Of a DNA stretch of 64,000 nt, positions 1-10,931 are shown piece after piece. Within the stretch, counting starts at the first letter, position 1. The number at the start of each line of letters is the position of its first letter. The notes beneath the pieces are model-generated. The model had not been told where the DNA came from, made no database searches, and saw only the letters and a list, made by a program, of their open reading frames with translations. The position numbers and the translations under genes were made by a program. Origin of the DNA: Microcoleus sp. (GTDB lineage: Bacteria > Cyanobacteriota > Cyanobacteriia > Cyanobacteriales > Microcoleaceae); NCBI GenBank assembly GCA_042408215.1, contig JAYFMW010000005.1:320001-384000 (forward strand), written 5' to 3'.

Positions 1-42
1 TCAAAAACTTTAAGAAAGGGCTGATAGCTGGTAAAAGTATAG

Positions 43-1380
43 TCATTTATAGGCATGGGAGGCTTCAAGTCCCTCCCCCTTCACTTTTACTTTGAGCGGA
101 TTAACCCGCCTCGGCTGAACTACGCAGCTCTCTATCCCATCGCTGAAGGCATTTGGGATTGCTTTTCTGAGGATATTGTACGAAGCGTTGATATCAGAAT
201 TAATTAACTGACCAGTCGATGTTTTGTACAAACCTCGCTTAATACGCTTACCAGTAAACATTGGCTCTTTTTCTGTTTTCCCGTAGACAGGGATTGGGTC
301 TAGACCCACGAAGTTGGCCCGCGATGTGTAGGATTCTTCCTGTACAATTACTGTGATTCCTACCAGCCGAGCTTTGTATTCTAACATCTCAATTAATCGA
401 GAGTGAGGAATACTGACAAAATTTTGATTGGTTTGCTTACCTAGATTGATATCGGTTTTCCACTGTGGATTTTTGCCGATTACCAGCGTTCCAATTTGGT
501 TCACTACCAAATGGTCAACAATCACACGACTAGCATGATGCAAGTAATTATCAACTTTCTGATTACGACAGCGAGTTAATCGCTGAATTCTGGGTGAGGT
601 TTGACGATTCCCTTTCAATTGGGATTGTAATCGGGATTTGCGTTTGTTGTAGAACTGGTTAATCGATTTTAATGGTCGCCCGTTAATCAACAAAGGAATA
701 AATCCCGGTTGATTTGAAGTTAACGCCACTAAGTTATCCAGTCCCAAATCAATACTAGCTACAGAGTTGGCATTGCCAAGGGTGGACTCCGGTTCACTTC
801 GACTACGCTCAGTACAAGCATCATAAATCACCTCAATTACATAGGAATCACATTTCGGAACCAGTCTAACTTGACAAATCTGGTTGGGATTGACTTGGGT
901 TTTAATTGAAAGTTCAGTGCCGGAAAGTTTGATAATTCCTTTCTTTAACTGTTTGCTACTAATTGCTTGAATCGTGTAGACGAGAAGGTTTCGCCCTTTG
1001 ACTTTATTTTTGTACTTTGGCAGCTTTGGGCGACCCGTGAATCTTGAAGAGTCAGCTTTGTAAGCTTTAACGGCTTCAAAAAACGATTTCCAATTCTTGT
1101 CTAGCACCATCAAGATTTGCTGACTTACTTTAGCAGGCAAAGCCTTATATGCTTCGTGAGACTTCATCAATCGGTTCATTTCGTTGTAATTGACATAGCC
1201 CCACCCATAAATAAAACTCTGACGAATGACGTAATTGGTGGCATTGTAGAGGTTTTTGGACTTGAAAGCTAATTCGTCAATCTGGACGAAACGATGTTCC
1301 GTTGATTTAATGATGTGCCTCTCTGTTAGCTGCATTTGAGACTTCCGTTCTTTGGGCTGTGCGTATTTCTTGTTCAACAC
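43..1380 (-). CDS. tnpB: TnpB RNA-guided endonuclease (IS200/IS605 family, IS1341-like, no tnpA)
   Basis: RuvC-like motifs SIDLGLDN, QEESYTS and NSDINAS; typical N-terminus MQLTERHII; left-end hairpin at about 1489-1526. Right end not clearly seen. Confidence 0.9.
   Translation of the reverse strand: MLNKKYAQPKERKSQMQLTERHIIKSTEHRFVQIDELAFKSKNLYNATNYVIRQSFIYGWGYVNYNEMNRLMKSHEAYKALPAKVSQQILMVLDKNWKSFFEAVKAYKADSSRFTGRPKLPKYKNKVKGRNLLVYTIQAISSKQLKKGIIKLSGTELSIKTQVNPNQICQVRLVPKCDSYVIEVIYDACTERSRSEPESTLGNANSVASIDLGLDNLVALTSNQPGFIPLLINGRPLKSINQFYNKRKSRLQSQLKGNRQTSPRIQRLTRCRNQKVDNYLHHASRVIVDHLVVNQIGTLVIGKNPQWKTDINLGKQTNQNFVSIPHSRLIEMLEYKARLVGITVIVQEESYTSRANFVGLDPIPVYGKTEKEPMFTGKRIKRGLYKTSTGQLINSDINASYNILRKAIPNAFSDGIESCVVQPRRVNPLKVKVKGEGLEASHAYK
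796..819 (-). repeat. 24-nt small dispersed repeat inserted in frame in tnpB (encodes ACTERSRS)
   Basis: GCTTGTACTGAGCGTAGTCGAAGT; the core CTGAGCGTAGTCGAAG recurs at 21182-21197 (+) and about 28409-28424 (-). Confidence 0.75.
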
Positions 1381-1762
1381 TCATAGCGATATGATACCAT
1401 TATTGTTTATAATTGCTTATAAACTCAACGAAGTTTTACAATACCAAACACTACAATATATTCTGATGAAAATATAGTATGATATTTTGCCCTAGAAGGG
1501 CGACGCTTGAAACCCAATTTTTTGGTCAGGAGCTAAATCGCCTGGATTAAGTATCATTTGTCATATTTGTCAATAGTTTGTTGATTTTTTTTTAGCTTGG
1601 CCTGTAGCCTGCTATGATTTACAAGTCACGCTGTCTGTTAGATGTATTCCTGAATTCAGGAATATTAGTTATGATGACAGATCGCAGGTAAAGCCGAAGT
1701 AAGGCTTAGAGGCTGCTTTGACAGCAGCCGTTTTATTGTTGTTTATTAGTGATGAGGTCAGA

Positions 1763-1954
1763 ATGGCTAAACGCCGTAATCTCAAGAAAGAGAAGGCACA
1801 ACGAAATCAAGCATACGCCCGCAAGTTTCGCAAGCGCAGAAATCAAGATATGTTCTCTAACAAGAGAAGACGATTTGACGGAGGCAACGGTGGTGGCATG
1901 GGCGCCATGACTGGCGGCGGCAGAGACAAAGATATGGCTGCCGCTGAAGATTAA
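1763..1954 (+). CDS. small basic hypothetical protein ([15 protein letters not shown]...)
   Basis: ATG preceded by GAGG; Lys/Arg-rich N-terminus resembling a small cyanobacterial protein family. Confidence 0.7.
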   Translation: MAKRRNLKKEKAQRNQAYARKFRKRRNQDMFSNKRRRFDGGNGGGMGAMTGGGRDKDMAAAED

Positions 1955-3339
1955 TCGCTGAGCCGATCGCGCGCAGCAATCAGTGATTTCCTCACTTGTT
2001 CAAACCCGGTACCCCCGTAACTATTGCGAGCCGCTACCACTTGCTGAGGTGCGATCGCGCTGTAAATGTCTGTCTCAAAAGCTGGGTGCAATTCTTTCCA
2101 CTCCTCAAGTGTCAAATCTTTGAGGAGTTTGCCCCCCAACAGGCAAGTTTTGACAACTTTGCCCACGAGGTTGTAAGCTTCCCGGAAGGGAACGCCTTTA
2201 GTTGCTAGGTAGTCTGCTACATCTGTAGCATTAGAAAAGTCTTCTGTAACAGCCGCGGCGAGGCGATCGCTGTTAAACGCGATTCCTTCCCGCAGCAAAA
2301 TCGTCATTGCTTCCAAACAAGCTTGTACCGTTTTCACGCTGTCAAACAAAGCTTCTTTATCTTCTTGCAAATCTTTGTTATAGGCCAAAGGCAGTCCCTT
2401 CATCACTACCAGCATAGCCTGCAAGTGACCGAAAACTCGCCCCGCCTTACCCCGCACCAATTCTGGAACGTCAGGATTTTTTTTCTGGGGCATAATGCTC
2501 GAACCCGTAGCGCAGCTATCTTTGAGCGAGATAAACCCAAATTCGTGAGACGACCAGAGAATCATTTCTTCTGACAAGCGGCTCAGGTGTACCATAATCA
2601 GACTGGCTGCTGCGAGAAATTCGATCGCAAAATCTCGATCGCTAACTCCATCTAAGCTATTAGCATAAACTTTGTCAAAATGCAATAGTTCGGCGGTATA
2701 ATGTCGGTCGATCGGGAAAGTCGTCCCCGCCAGAGCACTCGAACCCAGAGGCGAAATATTTACCCGCTTGTAGACATCGCCGAGGCGTTCCCAGTCGCGA
2801 TCGCTCATTTCAAAATAAGCTAACAGGTAATGAGCCAAACTAATCGGCTGAGCGCGCTGCAAGTGCGTGTAACCAGGGATTAAAGTTTCCACGTTCAGCT
2901 CAGCAATATCTAGCAAAACAGCTTGAAATTCTCGTAATTGCTCGCGAATTTGTGTGATTTGGTCGCGCAAATACAAGCGAGTATCAGTACCAGCTTGATC
3001 GTTGCGCGATCGAGCCGTGTGCAGCTTTTTTCCTGCATCGCCGACGATTTCCGTCAGCCGCTTTTCTACTGCAAAATGAACGTCTTCTGAGTCAATTCCC
3101 GGTACAAACAGTCCTTGTTGATATTCCCGACGAATCTGTTCCAAACCATTGACCAACTGTTCGCCTTCTGCTGCTGAAATAATCCCAGTTTTCGCCAGCA
3201 TCTTAGCATGAGCGACGGAACCAGTCAAGTCGTACTCAATCAGTTCAATGTCAAAGCCAATACTAGCATTAAATCGTGCGATCGCTGGGTGCAGCGCCGA
3301 TTCAAATCTTTGACTCCAGGTTGTTTGTGGTGTTGTCAT
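1951..3339 (-). CDS. argH: argininosuccinate lyase
   Basis: Fumarase-superfamily signature [12 protein letters not shown]; also HTARSRNDQ and PGYTHLQ. Confidence 0.98.
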   Translation of the reverse strand: MTTPQTTWSQRFESALHPAIARFNASIGFDIELIEYDLTGSVAHAKMLAKTGIISAAEGEQLVNGLEQIRREYQQGLFVPGIDSEDVHFAVEKRLTEIVGDAGKKLHTARSRNDQAGTDTRLYLRDQITQIREQLREFQAVLLDIAELNVETLIPGYTHLQRAQPISLAHYLLAYFEMSDRDWERLGDVYKRVNISPLGSSALAGTTFPIDRHYTAELLHFDKVYANSLDGVSDRDFAIEFLAAASLIMVHLSRLSEEMILWSSHEFGFISLKDSCATGSSIMPQKKNPDVPELVRGKAGRVFGHLQAMLVVMKGLPLAYNKDLQEDKEALFDSVKTVQACLEAMTILLREGIAFNSDRLAAAVTEDFSNATDVADYLATKGVPFREAYNLVGKVVKTCLLGGKLLKDLTLEEWKELHPAFETDIYSAIAPQQVVAARNSYGGTGFEQVRKSLIAARDRLSD

Positions 3340-3396
3340 TTGTGAATGTAAAACTAGATGATCTCTTTGACAAAAGGCTATGAAAACCTTTCTGTA

Positions 3397-4769
3397 TTGA
3401 CACTCCTCGGCTATCAGGCACGAGGATTCTTGGTTCAGTCAGTCGGCTTGCCCGTTGATGTCATCACCAACGAGTAGAGGTCGTTCTGTCCCCAAGCGTT
3501 AATTCCGGTGTGCCCCACCGTATTTAGATTAATTCCTGCACGGGCTTTCAATCCTTTTGCCAGAATATTCAAAGCTGCATTATGGTCACGGTCTAATACC
3601 GCCCCACATCCGCAAATATGAGTTCTGACCGACAACGATTTTTTAACAGTATTGCCACAGGCTGAACAATCCTGGGAAGTGTACTGAGGAGCAACAGCAA
3701 CTACTGTTTTACCGTACACTTTTCCAAAATATTCTAACCATTGAGCAAACTGTGACCAAGCTGCATCGCTAATTGATTTTGCAAGCTTATGGTTTTTCAC
3801 CATATTCCGCACCTGAAGATCTTCGTAGGCTACGAAATCGCTAGATTTCACTACGCACAACGCCGTCTTTATGGCGAAGTCTTTGCGTTGCCTACTGACT
3901 TTTAGGTGTTTCTTTCCTAACTTGTTAATTGCCTTCTTACGATTACTAGAACCTTTCTTTTTTCGAGAAACTCGTTTCTGTATTCGCTTTAAAGCTTTTT
4001 CACTTTTACGGAGATGTCGAGGATTTGGAACTGTTGCCCCGGTACTATCGGTGTAGAAATGGTTTAAACCTACATCTATTCCAATAGCTTTGCCAGTAGT
4101 AATAGATGCCTCTGTCCGTTCTACATTTATACAAAACTGAGCGTAATAGCCGTCGGCACGACGAACTACCCTGATTCGCTTAATCTCGTCAGGTGAATAA
4201 AAGTGCAAGTCTCGACTACCGAGTAACTTGAATTTTCCAGCAGCGAAGCCGTCTTTAAACGTCAAACATCTTTTGTCGTTAGAAAGCGACCAACCGGACT
4301 GTTTGTACTCTACGGAACGAGTATGTTTCTTGAACTGTGGGTATCCTTTTTTCCCTGGTTTTTTGGCTTGGCAATTAGCAAAAAAACGTTGGATAGCAAA
4401 AATAGCACGCTCCGCCGAAGCTTGACGTGCTGTTGAGTTAAGTTTACCTGCCCATTCAAACTCTTTCGCCATGATGGCGCATTGTTTGTATAGATCGACT
4501 AGCTTAACTCCTTGATTGTCGATCCAGTGCCTAAGAGTTTTATTTCGGACAAATTGCGCTGTGCGGATCATTTCGTCGATCATCCGGTATTGCTGCGATT
4601 TGCCTTTTAATTTAAACTCTAGTACAATCATGCTATTATTCTCTCGTTTTTCCAGAGCATTGTATTCACAAAGTGCATATATTTAAGAATTGTTTACACT
4701 TTGTGGAAATTAAAGCCGTCCTAGAAGGACGGGGCTTTAGCCCTCCGCTACGCTCCGCCCAAATTTTTG
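3397..4769 (-). mobile_element. IS200/IS605-family element (tnpB only)
   Basis: Left end follows TTTAC (4770-4774, minus strand) with a GCCCCGTCCTTCTAGGACGGC hairpin; right end is ...GAGGAGTGTCAA at 3397; related copy at 18999-20374. Confidence 0.85.
3435..4631 (-). CDS. tnpB: TnpB RNA-guided endonuclease, apparently intact
   Basis: GIDVG, AYEDL, CSACG/CGCG zinc finger and DRDHNAA motifs. Confidence 0.95.
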   Translation of the reverse strand: MIVLEFKLKGKSQQYRMIDEMIRTAQFVRNKTLRHWIDNQGVKLVDLYKQCAIMAKEFEWAGKLNSTARQASAERAIFAIQRFFANCQAKKPGKKGYPQFKKHTRSVEYKQSGWSLSNDKRCLTFKDGFAAGKFKLLGSRDLHFYSPDEIKRIRVVRRADGYYAQFCINVERTEASITTGKAIGIDVGLNHFYTDSTGATVPNPRHLRKSEKALKRIQKRVSRKKKGSSNRKKAINKLGKKHLKVSRQRKDFAIKTALCVVKSSDFVAYEDLQVRNMVKNHKLAKSISDAAWSQFAQWLEYFGKVYGKTVVAVAPQYTSQDCSACGNTVKKSLSVRTHICGCGAVLDRDHNAALNILAKGLKARAGINLNTVGHTGINAWGQNDLYSLVMTSTGKPTD

Positions 4770-4957
4770 GTAAAGACTTTAATCCTGACTACGGTTTGTA
4801 GTCAAGACTACATTCCTGGCTATTTTGTGATGTAATAAAGGACTAAAGTCCTGACTACCAACTTTAGAGATTTTGGCGATCGGCTCCTTTCACTAATAAC
4901 TCACAACAGTCCTTACCGTCTACCCTTGCCTAATACTTCCAATTCCCAACCACAAAT

Positions 4958-5200
4958 CTAATGTCTGATAATCCCTTTAATGAACCAGCCGATAAAAATA
5001 CCGATAAAAAAAGCTCCTATTTGACCGGTAGAAACAAAATGGTTCCAAGCTTTTTGGAAATTAGTAAAAATCTCGTAGCTTTGACCCAACAGCACTGTCG
5101 AACTTAAATGAGATTTCCCAACTAACAAATGAGCCAGATCGTTCCCATGAATCGAACCAGTCAATGCAACAGTAATTTCCGGCATTAAATTAACTATCAT
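4958..5200 (-). CDS. small membrane hypothetical protein
   Basis: ATG overlaps the end of the upstream phosphatase gene; C-terminal AWNHFVSTGQ followed by a hydrophobic helix. Confidence 0.6.
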   Translation of the reverse strand: MIVNLMPEITVALTGSIHGNDLAHLLVGKSHLSSTVLLGQSYEIFTNFQKAWNHFVSTGQIGAFFIGIFIGWFIKGIIRH

Positions 5201-6677
5201 TTTTATTTTCTTCTGTGGAATTTTTAACTCTGAGTACAACCAGAGTCATGTCATCTTCATTACGGTTACCGATGCCGATAAACTGGTGAACGCGATCGAA
5301 CAAATAATCCAAAATTTTTTCAGAGTCCTGATAATTTTGACAAGCCCACTGAAAAGCAGCCGTCAAGTTTTCCTCATCAAAGCGATCGCCCCTTTGATTA
5401 GCAGCATCCGTAAAGCCATCAGTGTAATAAATAATAGTATCTCCAGGCTGCAATTGCACTTGTGCTTCTTGGTAGCGCGAATCAGCATCCAAGCCAATTA
5501 GCATCCCTTCGAGAGTATCGAGCCGCTCAATAGAATTAGTTGCAGCTTGCCAAAGCAAAGGTGGGTGATGAGCCGCATTGCTGTAAGATAAAACGCGAGT
5601 TTTGGGGTCATACTCCGAATAAAACAGAGTCACGAAACGGTGAGAATTTTCCAAATCCGCGTGCATTACCCGGTTTAAATGTTGCAGAATTATCGACGGC
5701 GAATGGCGGTTCAAAACCTCCGCCCGCAGCATCCCCCGGGTCATCGTCATCAGCAGGCCTGCTGGCACGCCTTTGCCCATGACATCACCGATCGCAATAC
5801 TCCAGCGACCCTTGTCGATTTTGGACTTCAGATTTTGGATCGGGGATGGGGGGTTTTCACCCTCACGATCCTGACCTATGGGGTCATAGTCAGCGGGAAT
5901 AAAATCATAATAATCTCCGCCAACTCTGCTAGCTGGTAGACAGCGAGCAGCCACATCAAGGCCGGGAATTTTCGGGCAGCTACGGGGCAGCAGTCGCACT
6001 TGAATTTCAGCGCCAATTTCCAATTCTCGGTCTAAGCGCTCTTTCTCGCCCAACTTAGCAGTAAGTTCGTCTTTCGAGATAGCGACTGCGGTTTGATCTG
6101 CCACTAGGCGGACTAATTTTTGTCTCCCTGGCGTCCACACATATTGCGGGTCACTGCTAAAAACATAAAGCCGTCCCCGTTCCAAATTCTTCAGCAAAAT
6201 TGGTGCCCCAAACAAGTGAACGTCCTGGCCCAAATAGCGACTGACGTGAATGTCGAGACTAGATATTTGCCCAGAGGTTTCGGAAATAACTTCTGCTGCG
6301 CTGGGCGAATTTGCTGTAACTTGCCTCGTTGCGATTTCCAGCGCTTTTCGCATATCTTGGCACTGCCGTCCTTCCTGACAGTGCAACTGCTGGAATCTGA
6401 CTTGACCGTTGGGCTTGAACAGCACCAAAGCTCCCCCATCGGCATCGGTAATCCGAGTAGCCACCAAAGGAACCAACTCCAAAAATTGGTTGAGATTGTT
6501 AAAACTTCGCAGGGCAAAGGAGAGCGAACTCAACATATCTTGAACGTTGTGCTGGTATCGATGCAAGCGCGCCACCAGTTCTTTGAGTGCGAAGACTGGC
6601 GTCACGTCGGTCGAATTGCGACCGGGAGGGCGGTCAGCAGGTTGAGGTGAGGAGCGAGACAAAGGCACAGCAGTCAT
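5190..6677 (-). CDS. GAF + SpoIIE/PP2C-type (RsbU-like) serine phosphatase
   Basis: Motifs VGGDYYDF, IGDVMGKG, YTDGFTD and DDMT. Confidence 0.92.
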   Translation of the reverse strand: MTAVPLSRSSPQPADRPPGRNSTDVTPVFALKELVARLHRYQHNVQDMLSSLSFALRSFNNLNQFLELVPLVATRITDADGGALVLFKPNGQVRFQQLHCQEGRQCQDMRKALEIATRQVTANSPSAAEVISETSGQISSLDIHVSRYLGQDVHLFGAPILLKNLERGRLYVFSSDPQYVWTPGRQKLVRLVADQTAVAISKDELTAKLGEKERLDRELEIGAEIQVRLLPRSCPKIPGLDVAARCLPASRVGGDYYDFIPADYDPIGQDREGENPPSPIQNLKSKIDKGRWSIAIGDVMGKGVPAGLLMTMTRGMLRAEVLNRHSPSIILQHLNRVMHADLENSHRFVTLFYSEYDPKTRVLSYSNAAHHPPLLWQAATNSIERLDTLEGMLIGLDADSRYQEAQVQLQPGDTIIYYTDGFTDAANQRGDRFDEENLTAAFQWACQNYQDSEKILDYLFDRVHQFIGIGNRNEDDMTLVVLRVKNSTEENKNDS

Positions 6678-6679
6678 TC

Positions 6680-6780
6680 AATTTTGGATTTTGGATTTTG
6701 GATTTTAGATTGTCCCCATGAATGAATCCAGGGGCTGGCAAATTTGGGATTTTAGATTTTGGATGAGATTTTAGATTCAA
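6680..6780. repeat. heptamer tandem repeats (TTTTGGA/TTTTAGA), STRR type
   Basis: Direct tandem 7-mers in an intergenic region. Confidence 0.8.
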
Positions 6781-6867
6781 GGATTTTAATTGGTCTTAGT
6801 CCTGAGATTGCGCTCCCGTGTGTCCGTCCCAAGAATTTGGGACGGCTGCATCCTCTCAATCAAAAAT

Positions 6868-8616
6868 CTAAAATCTAAAATCGAGCAGGGCTTCAACAAA
6901 CTCGTAACTAGAAAACGGGCGCAGGTCTTCGATGCTTTCCCCTACTCCAATAAAGCGGATCGGCAGGCCTAGTTGCTGCACCACTGCTAGAGCAACACCA
7001 CCTTTAGCAGATCCATCGAGTTTTGTCAAGACTACTCCGCTCAATTTTGCAGATTCTGCGAAAACTTCCGCCTGTCGCAAACCATTTTGACCCAGTGTGG
7101 CATCCAAGACCAGTAGAGATTCTACGGTAGCACTAGGAGCTTTTTTATCTACAATGCGACGGATTTTGCTTAGTTCGTCCATGAGATTTTTTTTGTTTTG
7201 CAGGCGGCCGGCGGTGTCTACGATCAGCAGTTCTGTGCCTCTGGCGGTGGCGGCGGCGATCGCATCAAATACGACAGCAGCCGGATCGGTATTTTTCCCC
7301 TCGTTGGCAATAATTTCGACACCGCTACGACTTCCCCAAACTTTTACTTGTTCGACGGCGGCCGCCCGGAAAGTATCGGCGGCGGCAATTAAGGTTTTGT
7401 AGCCGGACTTTTGGGCAATGTGGGCCAATTTGCCGATCGTCGTAGTTTTGCCAGCACCGTTAACTCCTACGATCAACCAGATATTAAACGTATCTTTTTC
7501 TGGGGCAAAAGTCAGGCTGTAAGCGGGATTGCCGATCGCGCTTTGGGCACAGGGTGCATCGAGGATGTCGCGCAGAATAGTTTTGAGGTAGGCTAGGGCC
7601 TGTTCTGGCGGTAGCACTTCTTCTCTGAGTCTGGCTTGGAGGCGACTGATAATAATGTCGGTGGCTGCGACTCCGACATCGGCTTGCAGCAACAAAGTCT
7701 CAATTTCCGCCACTGCGTCTTCATTCAGCGGGCCTTGACCGACGATCGCCTTGAGTCGATTAATTAAGCTGCGGCGAGTTCTTTCTAAACCTTGGCGCAG
7801 CTTTTGCAGCCAAGTGATTTCTTCGACAGATACTTGATCGGGGCGGCGGCCTTGACTGGCCAAGATTTCCGAAGACCAGAGGAAGCCTTCATCAAAGGCA
7901 AAACCGGGAATTTCTTCGATAATTGCTGCTCTGGCTGCCGCTTCTGCAATTACCTCTGGTTCTTCAATGGCGGTTTCTTTGAGGCGTTCGATGCGTTCCA
8001 TTCGATCGGCCTGAGCTCTTGCCCAAAATGGCAGGGGTTCAGCATCGGAGGCGATATCAGGGGCGATCGGTGTTTCTGCGACTGTGGTTACAGGTTCGGA
8101 AATTTCTAAATTTTGTTGTATAGGAACTTCTATTTTTTCAGCAACTGGACTGGCAATTTCGGGCGACGAAGCTGCTGTTTCGGGAATTTCTGGAGTTTTT
8201 GGGGTTGGTTCGGCTTCTGTCGCTATTGGGGCTTCTGGCGGCTCTGCAATTGGTAGAGCTTCCGAGTCGAGGGCTGCGGGTTCGGCAGCAATTTCCACAA
8301 CTTCGGGTTCTGTAGTTTCTGAAACTTCTACTGCGACTGCTGTTTCTGCTGGCGGAACGGGGGTTTCTGCTGTCTCGGAAACTTCTGCTTCGGGTTTTTG
8401 CTGTTTTTGAATATTTTTGTAAGCAGCTTTAGCCCAATTGAGATAATCTTCGGCTACGGCGGGAGAGCTTGGCTCTGCTGCGGTTGGTGTGGCTGCATCT
8501 GTTTGAGGATCAACCGGAGGGGATTTGGCCGGCGAGTCTTGGAGTTGTTCGGGTGCTGTCTCTTTTTCAGAAGATCCGCTTTCACTGTATTGACGACGAA
8601 ACCAATTAAAAACCAT
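6868..8616 (-). CDS. ftsY: SRP receptor GTPase FtsY with acidic N-terminal domain
   Basis: GVNGAGKTT, DTFRAAA, DTAGR and TKLDGSAKGG motifs. Confidence 0.98.
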   Translation of the reverse strand: MVFNWFRRQYSESGSSEKETAPEQLQDSPAKSPPVDPQTDAATPTAAEPSSPAVAEDYLNWAKAAYKNIQKQQKPEAEVSETAETPVPPAETAVAVEVSETTEPEVVEIAAEPAALDSEALPIAEPPEAPIATEAEPTPKTPEIPETAASSPEIASPVAEKIEVPIQQNLEISEPVTTVAETPIAPDIASDAEPLPFWARAQADRMERIERLKETAIEEPEVIAEAAARAAIIEEIPGFAFDEGFLWSSEILASQGRRPDQVSVEEITWLQKLRQGLERTRRSLINRLKAIVGQGPLNEDAVAEIETLLLQADVGVAATDIIISRLQARLREEVLPPEQALAYLKTILRDILDAPCAQSAIGNPAYSLTFAPEKDTFNIWLIVGVNGAGKTTTIGKLAHIAQKSGYKTLIAAADTFRAAAVEQVKVWGSRSGVEIIANEGKNTDPAAVVFDAIAAATARGTELLIVDTAGRLQNKKNLMDELSKIRRIVDKKAPSATVESLLVLDATLGQNGLRQAEVFAESAKLSGVVLTKLDGSAKGGVALAVVQQLGLPIRFIGVGESIEDLRPFSSYEFVEALLDFRF

Positions 8617-8639
8617 AGCAGGAAATGGGGAATAGGGAA

Positions 8640-8865
8640 TAGTTATTAGTCATGAGTCATGAGTCATGAGTCATTAGTCATTGGTCATTGGTCATTGGTT
8701 ATTGGTCATTGGTTATTGGTCAGTTGCTACCAATAACTAATAACTAATAACTAATAGACATCTCCTAAAAAGCCTGTCACAAACAGGCAGGATGCCTGTT
8801 CCACAAGAAATATGGGAGATGTCTAATAACTAATGACTAATAACTAATGACTAATGACTATTGAC
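8640..8865. repeat. heptamer STRR arrays (GTCATTR / TAATRAC) in inverted arrangement
   Basis: Tandem 7-mers between nusB and ftsY. Confidence 0.85.
8755..8825. mobile_element. 71-bp MITE-like element within the heptamer array
   Basis: Terminal inverted repeats TAGACATCTCC / GGAGATGTCTA; internal hairpin ACAGGCAGGATGCCTGT. Confidence 0.6.
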
Positions 8866-9497
8866 TAATGACGAATGGCTTCTGCATTAATTTTATCGAC
8901 TACTCGGCGGAGGACTCCGTTGATGAACCGATGTCCTTCGTCGCCGCTGTAGCGTTTGGCTAGTTGGACGGCTTCGTTGACGCCGACTTGTTCGGGTAAG
9001 CCGAGAAATAGGATTTCGGCGATCGCGATTCTCATGATATCTCGATCGATCCTGGGCAACCGTTCTATTTGCCAGTCTACGAGGGATTCTTTGATCAATT
9101 CGTCAATTTGAGGGCGATTGCTGCTAACTTTCCCGAGGATTTGCAAAGCATAGGTGCGAACATCTTGCTGGTTGGCTAGCTGGATGATTTCGGGAAACTC
9201 CATCGCTGCGGCGAGACGGTCGATCGCGGTTTCGGTGAGTTCGACGGCTTCGCGCACCATTGCTCTAGCGCTTTGGACGTCAGGGGCGCGGATTTCGCTG
9301 GCGAGGAGCTTGTCGCTACCCCGCTGCACTTCGGCGGCGGCGGTTGAGAGGGCTTCTTGAACTTCAGTAGTCAGGGTGCGGATGGCGGCGAGGACGACAT
9401 CTTGCAGTTTCTTGGCTTCTAATAGTTCTGGATTGGCTGGAAGTTGGCTGATGCCGAGGAGTGCTAGTTCGCGTGCGATTTCGCGGGCTTTTTTCAT
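8865..9497 (-). CDS. nusB: transcription antitermination factor NusB
   Basis: ARELAL N-terminus; IDRDIMR; NEAVQLAKRY...FINGVLR. Confidence 0.96.
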   Translation of the reverse strand: MKKAREIARELALLGISQLPANPELLEAKKLQDVVLAAIRTLTTEVQEALSTAAAEVQRGSDKLLASEIRAPDVQSARAMVREAVELTETAIDRLAAAMEFPEIIQLANQQDVRTYALQILGKVSSNRPQIDELIKESLVDWQIERLPRIDRDIMRIAIAEILFLGLPEQVGVNEAVQLAKRYSGDEGHRFINGVLRRVVDKINAEAIRH

Positions 9498-9703
9498 AGT
9501 TTTTAGAGTTTTTAGATAAGAATTGGGGATTTAGGAATTTTGGAGATTCGTAGGCGCTGGTTTAGCGCATAGACTTGAACTTTAGCAGAAAAATTATGCA
9601 CAAAGACCGCCCTCTCTCTCAGTCGGGGCTGGTTTTGGACAAGTTTTATCTTTTATTAGAAAGTTTACCCGCTCAAAGGGCCCCTACGGGTTTAGATATT
9701 GCT

Positions 9704-10429
9704 TTAATCTTCTTCTACTGGTACGGGCTGGTATCTTGATTCAGATACTAAGGGTTCGAGTATCTTACCCGTGGTGTTGTCGGTAGTTACTGGTATTGAG
9801 TTGTTGGGGTTGACGATTCCACCGGAGATGATGACTTTAAAGGCATCTTCGATCGACATCGAAAGATTGACCACATCGGCTTCTGGAACAATAGCGTACC
9901 ATCCGGTGGTGGGGTTTGGTGTGGTGGGGATGAAAATGCCGATCGGAGTTTCGCCGGCCAGGTGAGAGGGCAGATCGTTACTCTCGATCGTACCGGTCAC
10001 AAATGCCAAAGTCCAGATTCCCCGGCGGGGATACTCCACTAACACCACCCGACGAAATTTGTCGTTTGATTTGAGGATGGTTGCTAGCAGTTGTTTTAGG
10101 GTTTTATAAACCGATCCCGCTAGGGGAATTGCCTGCAACAGCCGTTCACCAAAGTCTAGCAGCCACTTCCCGAAGATGTTGCGGGCCATGAGACCGATGA
10201 CTAAAATGCTCAGCAGGGGTACAGCCAGCCCTACTAAGAAATTCAGCAGATTCACCAAAATCGGATGGAGTCCGTCAAAGGGGTTGATCTGCTTGGGAAT
10301 TTTCGTGAGAAAATTGATCACCCAACTGGCGATCGTAATTGTCAGCCAGATGGTGGTAGCTAAGGGGATCACTACCAGCAGACCTGCGATGAGGTCATTT
10401 TTTAAGTCTTGTTTGATGCGTTGGAGCAC
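9704..10429 (-). CDS. DUF502 family membrane protein
   Basis: AGLLVVIP, VLVEYPRRG and FIPTTPNPTTG motifs. Confidence 0.9.
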   Translation of the reverse strand: MLQRIKQDLKNDLIAGLLVVIPLATTIWLTITIASWVINFLTKIPKQINPFDGLHPILVNLLNFLVGLAVPLLSILVIGLMARNIFGKWLLDFGERLLQAIPLAGSVYKTLKQLLATILKSNDKFRRVVLVEYPRRGIWTLAFVTGTIESNDLPSHLAGETPIGIFIPTTPNPTTGWYAIVPEADVVNLSMSIEDAFKVIISGGIVNPNNSIPVTTDNTTGKILEPLVSESRYQPVPVEED

Positions 10430-10831
10430 GGGTGGTCAACTCTCCTCGTAACTGGCTGCAAATAACGTGAACAAACCTGAGACTAAAGAAACTGCACGGG
10501 CGAAGAGTAGAAGTCGCCATTTTTATTGTCTTCTATCCCGTCTATGCCACGCCCTTTCCTCAAGGAAGAGTTAGGGGTCGGTGGTGCTGTACTGATATTG
10601 TAAAGAATTATTGCAACTTGGCCGCTGCCTGTTAAGTGTATATTTTAAGACATTTTGGCTCGGAATTTACAAGTGAGCCAAGAGGGGAGAGGCGGCGCGG
10701 GTTGGGGATGTCCTACAGGGTTGCGAGTGTGGCGAGTGCAGGGGATTAATTGAGCGATCGAGATTTTCCAGACTATAGCTTGAGTTGAACTTGCGCTCCT
10801 CCTAATGTACTGCTGAAATCTTTGACTTTAA

Positions 10832-10931
10832 CAGGACTTACGCATGGGGGCCAAAAACCCGGTTTCTGCGTCAATACTTATCGAAAAAGTGACGATTTTT
10901 GTCAGAAACCGGGTTTTTTGCGTAAGCCCTA
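10832..10931. mobile_element. 100-bp MITE
   Basis: TIR CAGGACTTACGCA / TGCGTAAGCCCTA; flanking 5-bp TTTAA duplication; internal AAAAACCCGGTTTCT / AGAAACCGGGTTTTT inverted repeat. Confidence 0.7.
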
